Below are positions 44,702-54,079 of a stretch of 54,079 bases of DNA, piece by piece; the first letter of the stretch is position 1, and each line of letters starts with the position of its first letter. Position numbers and translations under genes: made by a program. Below the pieces are notes generated by a model that saw only the letters and a program-made list of their open reading frames with translations, was not told the origin of the DNA and made no database searches. This DNA comes from an uncultured Methanosarcinales archaeon. Lineage in GTDB: Archaea > Nanobdellota > Nanobdellia > Woesearchaeales > 21-14-0-10-32-9. The stretch spans positions 1-54,079 of the forward strand of contig CAZCTY010000003.1 of NCBI GenBank assembly GCA_964501945.1, given 5' to 3'.

Positions 44702-47457
44702 GAAACCACCTCAACTTCTGCAATAGACGGCCCCCACATATAAGGAATACTGCCAACAGTGGTTAGACGAATCTCTAAATCCGAAGCATCCAAATCAACG
44801 ATTATCTCGCCCTCATTTAAAGGATCGAGTTGATCTAATAAACTAAGCATAGCAAAATCATAAGCATCACGCGAGTTAAAATCGCCAAAGTCAAAAGAGG
44901 AATTATAAACACAATTCTTACCACCCTCATAATATTCAGGGATAGGAATGTCTAAAACAGAGCCAGTGATTGTATCAACAGTCCAAGAACAACCATCCGC
45001 GAATTCTAAAGAATCAGTACGATCAGTTACAGCAGGCAGAAGAGCAGTATAAACAAATTTATTATGCTCACTACACCCAGTCCTATTTTCAGGCGAATCA
45101 CCCGTCTCAACAGTTATGGTGTTCAACCCTTCATTCAACAACCCCTCAGGGATTCTAACAGAGAATGGATCACCTAAACGAAAATAAGGCGCGTAATAAT
45201 CAGATAAATTAAACGCAGTAACACCATTCACAATCACAGTATCAGTCCAATGAGCGCCAGAATAACTAGTAATTTCAGCTTCAACAACATCTAAACCAGG
45301 ATAAATATTAACATGACTCGTACAACTATCATTAGATAAGTCCTCCTCAAATACCATGCTTATTTTACCCGGATCAGGTTGTTTTTCTAAAGGATTATAT
45401 TTAAAATCAATACGAGAATCATCATAAATAGATGAAGGCGCCAAATCACCTTGAATTGTAACAGACTGATTAACTTGATCAACCCTTGTTAAAATTTCAT
45501 ATGAAATATTATCATAAATTAAACGCAACTCATCAACATCACTACTATGCTGATACGTACCATTGCCCATGTCCGCAATTTCCTCAAGCAAAAGACCTGC
45601 CCGCTCACACTCATCCATTAAACCAAAGCCAATAGTGAAAACAGTAGCATTAAACTTTTCAATTAAACGATTAGCAGAAAACCTAACACTATCCTCTGCC
45701 TGCAAGCAACGCTCATCATCTAAAAAACAACCAATCTTATTATCAACATCACAACTACCACCATCATTACAATAACCTGCGCAAATCTCTTGACCATACC
45801 TTGTTAAAATACTGCTACAACCGCCTTGAGGACAATGAGTAGGTGAACCATCACTCATTAAAACAATAAAAGTAGACCTATTTTTTTTATCGTTTGCCTC
45901 AAGCAAATCATACGCCTCATTTAAAGCGCAGGAAATACAAGCCTCACCCTGACCTTGAGGACCATACTTAGAAATATGATCCATGATTGCAACCTTATCT
46001 TCAGGATTATTATAAGATGTAATCCTATTCCTATGATACACAACAGGCCAAATCCTATTACCAGCATAATCTAGAACTGTATCAACTAATTCATTAGCCA
46101 AACACCTAGCCAAATGAGATTTTCTCGCATCAGAATACTCATATAATTCATCGCACCTAGAAATACCCGTACCTTGACTATCCCATGATGAAACAGAATT
46201 AAACATACTACCACTAAAATCAGTTATAACAACAACATCCGCATTACCCCCCTCAAATTCCTCAGAGAAAGATTCATATGCAGCAAACCTTAAAGGAACA
46301 GTATTCTGACTAAGTTGATCATAATCAAAATTAGCTTCTTCAAGCAAAAAATTATTACTTATCTCAACTTTAAAGTTATCTCCCACTTGCTCATATGAGA
46401 CATCATTTAAGATATCGTCCTCACCACCAGTATTCATCATTAAAATACGCTCACCAATAGTAATATACGCGCTTTGAGATGTGTTAAAATTTAAAAAAAT
46501 ACTCATCTCCTCTAAATCCCCAGGGACAAAAAAGGAATCGTAAATATTAGCAATACCATCAACACCATGAAAGTTATACGAAGATTCACCATACTCAAAA
46601 GGCTTTTGAAGTTCATCAGTCCTATAATCTATCCTAAGAAGACCACCTGATACTGAAGAAGTTGTCAAATCACCTAAAAAAGATATAGAAAAATTATTCC
46701 TGCCAGGCAAAATTAAATTAGCACAATGAGGCAAATACCAAGAATCAACAACTAAAGAACCGCTCTGCTTAAATGTCTCATTAATTAAAGAATTACCACA
46801 TAGCTGACCGTTAATATATAACAAAAAATCACTTTGAAAATCACCTTCTAAATAAATATTATCAACCCTGGATATACCCGAACGATTAATATCCTGAGGA
46901 AGATCTTTTATAAAAAAAGAAACATTCCCCTGCCCAATAAAACCACCAAAGTAATGATACGAACTAGTTTTTTTATCCCTAATTCTTCGAAGATATGCAG
47001 AAGCACTAGTACCTGCTAAAGGCCTGCCCCTCTCAATACCAGCAATCATCCTTCTTGCAACAGAGACATCCCTTAATTTACCCTCACCAAACGAGTGAAT
47101 AAGCTCACCACCCATCTTTAATTTTATTTCTTTATCAGAAACATTTAGAGATGAGAGCGCAAAGACAGCTAAATCCTCGGCCCGAGATGGATAATCAAGC
47201 GCCCAATACTTACCAATTTGCTCAAGCACACTAATTTCAAAATCATCAATGGATGAAATTAAATGAGAAGGCATAGAATCTTCTACATCAGACAATTTAA
47301 TTGATGAGAGCGCAATTAACAAATCCTCACTTAAATAATTTTTAGAAGTGTATGAGGAATCATAAAAAGGATTCACAATGATTAAAGCTAACGCCCCCGT
47401 TATTAAAATACCTGCGAGCATAGCATCAATAGAGTAATAAATACCTTTTTTTCTCAT
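44698..47457 (-). CDS. Large class III signal-peptide protein with a von Willebrand A domain, putative pilus adhesin
   Basis: MRKKG|IYYSIDAMLAGIL. vWA motifs DVVVITDFSGSM (MIDAS DxSxS), FIVLMSDGSP, VFTIGFG, with Cys-rich inserts. Start 47457 gives a 4-bp overlap (track start 47463). Confidence 0.82.
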   Translation of the reverse strand: MRKKGIYYSIDAMLAGILITGALALIIVNPFYDSSYTSKNYLSEDLLIALSSIKLSDVEDSMPSHLISSIDDFEISVLEQIGKYWALDYPSRAEDLAVFALSSLNVSDKEIKLKMGGELIHSFGEGKLRDVSVARRMIAGIERGRPLAGTSASAYLRRIRDKKTSSYHYFGGFIGQGNVSFFIKDLPQDINRSGISRVDNIYLEGDFQSDFLLYINGQLCGNSLINETFKQSGSLVVDSWYLPHCANLILPGRNNFSISFLGDLTTSSVSGGLLRIDYRTDELQKPFEYGESSYNFHGVDGIANIYDSFFVPGDLEEMSIFLNFNTSQSAYITIGERILMMNTGGEDDILNDVSYEQVGDNFKVEISNNFLLEEANFDYDQLSQNTVPLRFAAYESFSEEFEGGNADVVVITDFSGSMFNSVSSWDSQGTGISRCDELYEYSDARKSHLARCLANELVDTVLDYAGNRIWPVVYHRNRITSYNNPEDKVAIMDHISKYGPQGQGEACISCALNEAYDLLEANDKKNRSTFIVLMSDGSPTHCPQGGCSSILTRYGQEICAGYCNDGGSCDVDNKIGCFLDDERCLQAEDSVRFSANRLIEKFNATVFTIGFGLMDECERAGLLLEEIADMGNGTYQHSSDVDELRLIYDNISYEILTRVDQVNQSVTIQGDLAPSSIYDDSRIDFKYNPLEKQPDPGKISMVFEEDLSNDSCTSHVNIYPGLDVVEAEITSYSGAHWTDTVIVNGVTAFNLSDYYAPYFRLGDPFSVRIPEGLLNEGLNTITVETGDSPENRTGCSEHNKFVYTALLPAVTDRTDSLEFADGCSWTVDTITGSVLDIPIPEYYEGGKNCVYNSSFDFGDFNSRDAYDFAMLSLLDQLDPLNEGEIIVDLDASDLEIRLTTVGSIPYMWGPSIAEVEVVS

Positions 47458-47948
47458 CGCCATGTTAACACCACCATGTTTACAATTTGAGAATCAAGAA
47501 CAACTATTCTCTCAACCCACGCCCTATCATCGTGATTAACATAAACCTCAGGCACCTCACAACCATCAAAATGAAAACCTCTAACACACTCACCGTTAAC
47601 TTCCATTATACCAGACGCGTTTTTAAAATATAACCAATATTCCCCAGATACATGAAAGAGCGCCTTAGTCCTCTCATATGAAAACGAATCAAACTTATCT
47701 AGCTTAGACATATTAATTTGACCCTCCGACAATATGCCAGGCATTACAACAGATGAATAATTCCAATCACTAGGAAACCCCTCAGACATTAAACTAACAG
47801 AAATTAAATCAGCCTCCCTACTAACAACATCATAATCAGAGCGAGCATCAATAGATTGTAATAAATTTATAGCAATAATTAATAAGAATACAAACATCAA
47901 AAAACCCGCCAAGTAATCAAATATCCATGTCTGGGCTTTTTTAGTCAT
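47454..47948 (-). CDS. Class III signal-peptide minor pilin-like protein
   Basis: MTKKA|QTWIFDYLAGFLMFVFLLIIAI. Confidence 0.78.
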   Translation of the reverse strand: MTKKAQTWIFDYLAGFLMFVFLLIIAINLLQSIDARSDYDVVSREADLISVSLMSEGFPSDWNYSSVVMPGILSEGQINMSKLDKFDSFSYERTKALFHVSGEYWLYFKNASGIMEVNGECVRGFHFDGCEVPEVYVNHDDRAWVERIVVLDSQIVNMVVLTWR

Positions 47949-48358
47949 TGAGCAGCCTCCACGAATACGTGATCTTCTAATTTCGATATTTTTAATCTCC
48001 CAGGACTTATCTCTCCCAGAGTTAGAGGAATAACCTCAAAAAAAACAATGTCATCAACAATTAATTCAAAATACCCCGTACCAATCTTAGTACTGCCAAG
48101 AATAACTTCATAATCACGACCATCAATAGTTCTTGGAAGATACAACTCCCTAGTGTACCCCTCCTCAGCGTTTGATGCGAAACTAATTTCTTGCTTTAAA
48201 GATAAAGTTAAATCCTCCGCCAATATCAAAACCCGCTCATCTTGCTTATCAGATAGTATCTGAGATAGTATAATTGCAAAAATAATCATAGTAAATAAAG
48301 CAACCCCAGTAACTAACATAAATTCTAAACCAACCTGCCCTCTTCTTTTAAAAAACAT
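47945..48358 (-). CDS. Class III signal-peptide pilin-like protein
   Basis: MFFKRRG|QVGLEFMLVTGVALF (Glu at +5). Start 48358 preferred over the track's 48400. Confidence 0.8.
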   Translation of the reverse strand: MFFKRRGQVGLEFMLVTGVALFTMIIFAIILSQILSDKQDERVLILAEDLTLSLKQEISFASNAEEGYTRELYLPRTIDGRDYEVILGSTKIGTGYFELIVDDIVFFEVIPLTLGEISPGRLKISKLEDHVFVEAAQ

Positions 48359-48359
48359 A

Positions 48360-48776
48360 TCACTTATCCTCAATGTAAACCAAATCTTCAAAAGATTCAA
48401 ACCTAATTACATGACTCCCTGGAAAAGGCTTTAATTCACCTGCAAGCCTCGCAGGCGTATGTTTTTCAACATAAAAAACACCATCACTAGTTTGAATTTC
48501 AAAAATTATATCATGCTCATTAATCATAATCGTTTCTATACCACGAGGGAATTGAACCCTTAAAGTTTTTTGAGCAGGAGGACCTTGAAAATAAATTTCC
48601 TCAGCAGAATCAATTATCCTAGTCATAGCGTTTTCAGCTTGAGCGTATGCAATATCTGCCTCAATATTATCAGTTTGAGTCGCAAACAAAATTATTAACG
48701 GAATTAACATTAAAGCTGCAACAGAGAAAATTGCAAGATACTCTATACTCACCTGCCCCTTTTTTTTGAAAAACAT
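48360..48776 (-). CDS. Class III signal-peptide pilin-like protein (QxSxEY type)
   Basis: MFFKKKG|QVSIEYLAIFSVAALML. The track's 64-aa N-terminal extension spans the divergent promoter region and is rejected. Confidence 0.82.
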   Translation of the reverse strand: MFFKKKGQVSIEYLAIFSVAALMLIPLIILFATQTDNIEADIAYAQAENAMTRIIDSAEEIYFQGPPAQKTLRVQFPRGIETIMINEHDIIFEIQTSDGVFYVEKHTPARLAGELKPFPGSHVIRFESFEDLVYIEDK

Positions 48777-48990
48777 CCAAATAAAGCTTAAATACCCAAG
48801 TATATAAATTTTTAGAAAAAAAGCAAACCATGCCTGAGACCTAAACATAACAAAAATTAGAATAATAATGTATATAAATATACAAAAAACCTCAAAAACG
48901 GAAAGTTTTATATATGAAAAAGAATCTAAAAGAAGAATACTTGGTAAAAAACTAGTAATAATTACCAAAAAAATTTCAGAGGTGAAACAA

Positions 48991-49440
48991 ATGAAGAAAA
49001 AAGGACAAGCAGCAATGGAATTCTTAATGACCTATGGATGGGCAATCTTAGTAGTAATCGCGGCAATCGCAGCATTAGCATACTTTGGAGTATTAAGCCC
49101 ACAAAACTTAGTGCCAGAGAGAACAACATTCCAAGCACCGCTACCGAACATCGACAAAGCATTAATAGAAGAAGATGGACGAGTAGAAATTGCTTTTAGA
49201 AACAATGTAGGAGTACAAATAAACGTAACAGACGTTAGAACAGGAGACTGTGATGCTCCAACAGAAGCTCTAGGAACAATAAATAACGGAGAAACATTCC
49301 TAGTAGAATGGGACTGCGAGAACGACTTTGAAGGCGAAGTCGGAGATAGATTCTCAGCGGACCTAGGCTTTGAATACATCAACCTAGAAACAGGCCAAAC
49401 AAGAAGACACACAGGAACTGTTGACGGAAGATACGAATAA
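48991..49440 (+). CDS. Candidate major type IV pilin, divergent from the minor-pilin operon
   Basis: SD GAGGTGA, then MKKKG|QAAMEFLMTYGWAILVVIAAIAALAYFGVL. Confidence 0.85.
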   Translation: MKKKGQAAMEFLMTYGWAILVVIAAIAALAYFGVLSPQNLVPERTTFQAPLPNIDKALIEEDGRVEIAFRNNVGVQINVTDVRTGDCDAPTEALGTINNGETFLVEWDCENDFEGEVGDRFSADLGFEYINLETGQTRRHTGTVDGRYE

Positions 49441-49449
49441 ACTTAAACA

Positions 49450-49478
49450 AATTTCTTTTTTTATTTTTTATTTTTAAT
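49450..49478 (+). terminator. Oligo-T archaeal terminator after the pilin gene
   Basis: TTTCTTTTTTTATTTTTTATTTTT immediately 3' of the stop, on a strand that is otherwise A-rich. Confidence 0.5.
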
Positions 49479-49502
49479 TCTCATCAAAAAAATTATAGAA
49501 AA

Positions 49503-50468
49503 TTAATTGCATAACTCTTTGACTTTATCACTCAAATCCTTAGATAAAGACGCGCTACTCACCAAAACAACTTCTCGCGCAATAAACGATGCGACCCTAC
49601 CCGCGTTTTTAAGAGAATAATCATTTGCCAGAGCAAATAAAAAACCAGCGGCATAAGCATCACCCGCACCATTAGTATTAACAGGCTCAACAACATCACA
49701 CGAGATAGATATAACCTCGCCATCCGAGACAATAACACTACCTTTACCGCCAAGTTTTACAACAGAAACATCACATAAATTGCTTAACTTTTTTGCAGCA
49801 GCAACACCTGATTTCTTCGTAAAAATTTCTGCTTCTTCCTCGTTTGCAAAAACAATATCAACAAAAGATAAAAAATCTAAAATAACATCACTAATCCTCG
49901 CAATTAAAGATGAGTCAGATAAATCAAAAGAAATCTTAACACCCTTATCTTTTAAAGACTTGCAAATATTAAAAATAGCACTTTTTAGTTTAGGATCTTC
50001 TAATAAGTACGCCTCAACATGAAAAAATTTTGATTGAGGAATATCAATTAAATCAGAACTACTAAGAGATGCAGCCGCACCAAGATGCGTGGAAAAAGTA
50101 CGCTCACCATCAACCGTTATAAAAGTAATAGCAGAACCAGTGTATAAAGAAGACTTAGAGAGCTTTGGAACAACGCCTTTAGAACTTAGAGAATTTTCAA
50201 AAAAAGAACCATGATCATCAAAACCAACCTTGCTTAAAAAAGCACTTTTACCACCTAAACAAGCAACACCACTTGCAACATTACTAGCAGAACCCCCAGG
50301 AGATAAAACCTTGTCAACACCACTAAGACTTGATAAAATAAAACCTTGACGAACATCATCAACAAGATTCATAGAACCCTTCTTAAAACCAAGCCCCTCA
50401 ATGAACGATTCAGGAACCTTAACAGTAATATCAACCAAAGCATTCCCCAAACAAACAACATCAAACAT
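49503..50468 (-). CDS. PfkB-family kinase, adenosine-kinase-like
   Basis: LGNALVDI, PGGSASNVA, DGERTFSTHLGAA, FANEEEA, VKLGGKGS, NTNGAGDAYAAGF. Directly downstream of ahcY. Confidence 0.85.
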   Translation of the reverse strand: MFDVVCLGNALVDITVKVPESFIEGLGFKKGSMNLVDDVRQGFILSSLSGVDKVLSPGGSASNVASGVACLGGKSAFLSKVGFDDHGSFFENSLSSKGVVPKLSKSSLYTGSAITFITVDGERTFSTHLGAAASLSSSDLIDIPQSKFFHVEAYLLEDPKLKSAIFNICKSLKDKGVKISFDLSDSSLIARISDVILDFLSFVDIVFANEEEAEIFTKKSGVAAAKKLSNLCDVSVVKLGGKGSVIVSDGEVISISCDVVEPVNTNGAGDAYAAGFLFALANDYSLKNAGRVASFIAREVVLVSSASLSKDLSDKVKELCN

Positions 50469-50473
50469 TTTTT

Positions 50474-51895
<1,422 letters not shown>

Positions 51896-51955
51896 TTAAT
51901 AAATAGGAAGAAAAAAATAACATTATAAAAAAGTAACTAAAAAAAATAAAAAAAG

Positions 51956-53950
51956 TTAAAGTCCAAGCGTTACAAGCAAAGGCGCAATCACTAAAGCAAC
52001 AATACTCATAAGCTTGATTAAAATATTAATACTGGGTCCACTCGTATCCTTGAAAGGATCACCCACAGTGTCACCAACAATGGACGCGTTATGAGCATCA
52101 CTACCACTCCCCCCGTTATTATCACTTTCAATATGCTTTTTAGCATTATCCCACGCACCACCACTATTAGCCATAGTTATTGCGAGCATAACACCACTAA
52201 CAAGAGCACCAGCGAGCAAGCCACCAAGACCTTCAACACCCAAAGCAAAACCAACAATTACAGGCGCAAGAATAGCGAGTGAACCAGGCAATACCATTTC
52301 TTTGAGTGCGCCTTGAGTACTAATATCAACGCAACGAGCAGAATCAGGCTTCGCAGTCCCCTGAAGAAGACCTTTAATCTCTTTGAATTGACGCCTAACC
52401 TCAACAATCATCTTGTTAGCAGCACGACCAACAGCATTCATAGTCAAAGCACTAAACAAGAAAGGAAGCATACCTCCAAGAAGCAAACCAATCATAACAT
52501 TAGTATTAAGCAAAGAAAGCTCAGCTTCAGTTATAGTAGTGTATGTCGCAAATAAAGCAAGCGCTGTGAGCGCAGCACTACCAATAGCAAAACCCTTACC
52601 CATAGCAGCAGTAGTATTACCAAGAGAATCAAGCGCATCAGTCCTCTTACGAACATCCTTAGGCAAACCACTCATCTCAGCGATACCACCCGCATTATCC
52701 GCAACAGGCCCATAAGCATCAATTGCAAGACTAATACCAAGCGTTGATAACATACCAACAGCTGCAATCGCAATACCATAAAGACCCGCAAAATAAAAAG
52801 AAACCCAGATCCCCGCGGCTATAGTAATAATAGGCAAAGCAGTACTAAGCATCCCCGTAGAAAACCCAGAAATTATATTAGTTGCAGAACCAGTAATACT
52901 TGACGCGCTAATTTTTTTAACAGGATCATAATCAGCACTCGTATAATACTCAGTAAGCCAACCAACAACTATACCAACAATTAAACCCGCAACAACAGAT
53001 ATGAAAACACCAAGATAATCCGCGCCAAGAAGCGACCTTGAAATTATGAAAGTCGCAATTAAAATAAAAATACTACTCGCCCAAAGACCATTACGCAAAG
53101 CATGATGAAGCGCCTTAGGATTATTAGTCCGAACAAAGAGCGTACCAAATAAAGATGCAAAAATACCTGCAGCTGCAATAAATAAAGGAAGCGCCAAGTA
53201 TTCAAATTCCATGCCAGAGAAAAGACCTGCAAGAGCCATCGTTGCAATTATACTACCAACATAACTCTCAAATAAATCAGCACCCATACCCGCAACGTCA
53301 CCAACATTATCACCAACATTATCAGCAATCACCGCAGGATTTCGAGGATCATCTTCAGGAATGCGAGATTCAATTTTACCAACCAAGTCCGCACCAACAT
53401 CCGCAGCCTTAGTATAAATACCACCACCAACACGAGCAAATAACGCAATAGTAGACGCACCAAAACTAAAACCAAACAAGTTACTAACAACATCAGGATT
53501 GTTAAAAACACCAAAGACCCAAGCTAAAGAAAATAAACCAAACAAACCAAGAGTTACAACAGCTAAACCCATAACCGCGCCGCTACTAAACGCGATACGA
53601 AGAGCACCACCAAGACCTTTACGAGCAGCATTAGCGGTGCGAACATTAGCAGTTGTTGCAACACTCATACCAACCCAACCAGCAATAGCAGAAAATAACG
53701 CGCCAACAAAATAAGAAATAGCCATCACGCGACCAAGAAAAACAAAAAGCAAAACAGAAATAACCAAAACCACGATGAGAAGATACTTATATTCTCTTCG
53801 AAGAAAAGCCATCGCGCCCTTTTTAATCTGAGACGCGATATCAACCATGACCTTATTACCAGGCTTTTTGCTCACAATGAACCTATAAAAACCAAGAACA
53901 CACAACAATGAAACCAAAACCGAAAACAAAACAAAAACATACAAAATCAC
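51956..53950 (-). CDS. hppA: Membrane-integral pyrophosphatase, K+-dependent, probably Na+-translocating
   Basis: [25 protein letters not shown] (Glu at the Na+-PPase position), GNTTAA (Ala marks K+ dependence), [19 protein letters not shown]. Confidence 0.94.
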   Translation of the reverse strand: MILYVFVLFSVLVSLLCVLGFYRFIVSKKPGNKVMVDIASQIKKGAMAFLRREYKYLLIVVLVISVLLFVFLGRVMAISYFVGALFSAIAGWVGMSVATTANVRTANAARKGLGGALRIAFSSGAVMGLAVVTLGLFGLFSLAWVFGVFNNPDVVSNLFGFSFGASTIALFARVGGGIYTKAADVGADLVGKIESRIPEDDPRNPAVIADNVGDNVGDVAGMGADLFESYVGSIIATMALAGLFSGMEFEYLALPLFIAAAGIFASLFGTLFVRTNNPKALHHALRNGLWASSIFILIATFIISRSLLGADYLGVFISVVAGLIVGIVVGWLTEYYTSADYDPVKKISASSITGSATNIISGFSTGMLSTALPIITIAAGIWVSFYFAGLYGIAIAAVGMLSTLGISLAIDAYGPVADNAGGIAEMSGLPKDVRKRTDALDSLGNTTAAMGKGFAIGSAALTALALFATYTTITEAELSLLNTNVMIGLLLGGMLPFLFSALTMNAVGRAANKMIVEVRRQFKEIKGLLQGTAKPDSARCVDISTQGALKEMVLPGSLAILAPVIVGFALGVEGLGGLLAGALVSGVMLAITMANSGGAWDNAKKHIESDNNGGSGSDAHNASIVGDTVGDPFKDTSGPSINILIKLMSIVALVIAPLLVTLGL

Positions 53951-54079
53951 TTTAAAATAACCCCCAAGTATTTAAATAAAAACATTAGCACGCAGAATTA
54001 ACATAAAAGTATTTAAAAATTTCTATTTTAAAAAATAATAAACATAAGAAAAAAATAACTAATTTGAAACCCTAGGCAT

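Noticed and set aside
48777-48990. N-terminal extensions of ORFs 48360-48968 (-) and 48868-49440 (+)
   Set aside because: They overlap each other across a TATA-rich divergent promoter region. The class III signal peptides (and the SD before 48991) place the starts at 48776 and 48991.
54059-54079. Possible 3' end of a minus-strand CDS (MPRVSN*)
   Set aside because: Only 7 codons are visible at the window edge, which is not enough to support a call.

Overview
A 54-kb AT-rich chromosomal segment from an archaeon. Markers are L18e, Rpo3/Rpo10, aMBF1, NAC, Sec61beta, an archaeal SRP RNA and class III signal-peptide pilins. The bacterial-type fermentative enzymes (Pgi, Tal, Rpe, split Tkt, Glk, class I GAPDH, D-LDH-like), gene order and small conserved hypotheticals fit a DPANN lineage such as Woesearchaeota; this is inferred, not database-confirmed. 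The window holds about 70 genes. Main blocks are a sugar-phosphate cluster (0.3-5.7 kb), housekeeping genes, smc, a photolyase, an AmmeMemoRadiSam trio, SRP RNA, the S13-S4-S11-Rpo3-tRNA-Leu-L18e-L13-S9-Rpo10 operon, a 10.5-kb type IV/Tad-like pilus locus, and hppA-ahcY-adenosine kinase. No rRNA, CRISPR array, prophage or intact transposase was seen. The most notable observations: (1) a pilus locus with six class III signal-peptide proteins, including a ~920-aa Cys-rich vWA adhesin, plus a wHTH-coiled-coil partner and an ATPase with a histone-H1-like tail; (2) an exported MltB-type peptidoglycan lytic transglycosylase in an archaeon; (3) an SRP RNA with no room for helix 6; (4) a 145-bp IS1595(ISPna2)-type MITE with an 8-bp target duplication; (5) a NadM-PncC fusion; (6) very strong strand-specific base skew with a few discordant genes; (7) a uORF plus hairpin leader before a duplicated zinc-finger gene; (8) a MinD-like protein with Walker A Lys replaced by Arg. 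All assignments come from motifs read by eye; no searches were run.
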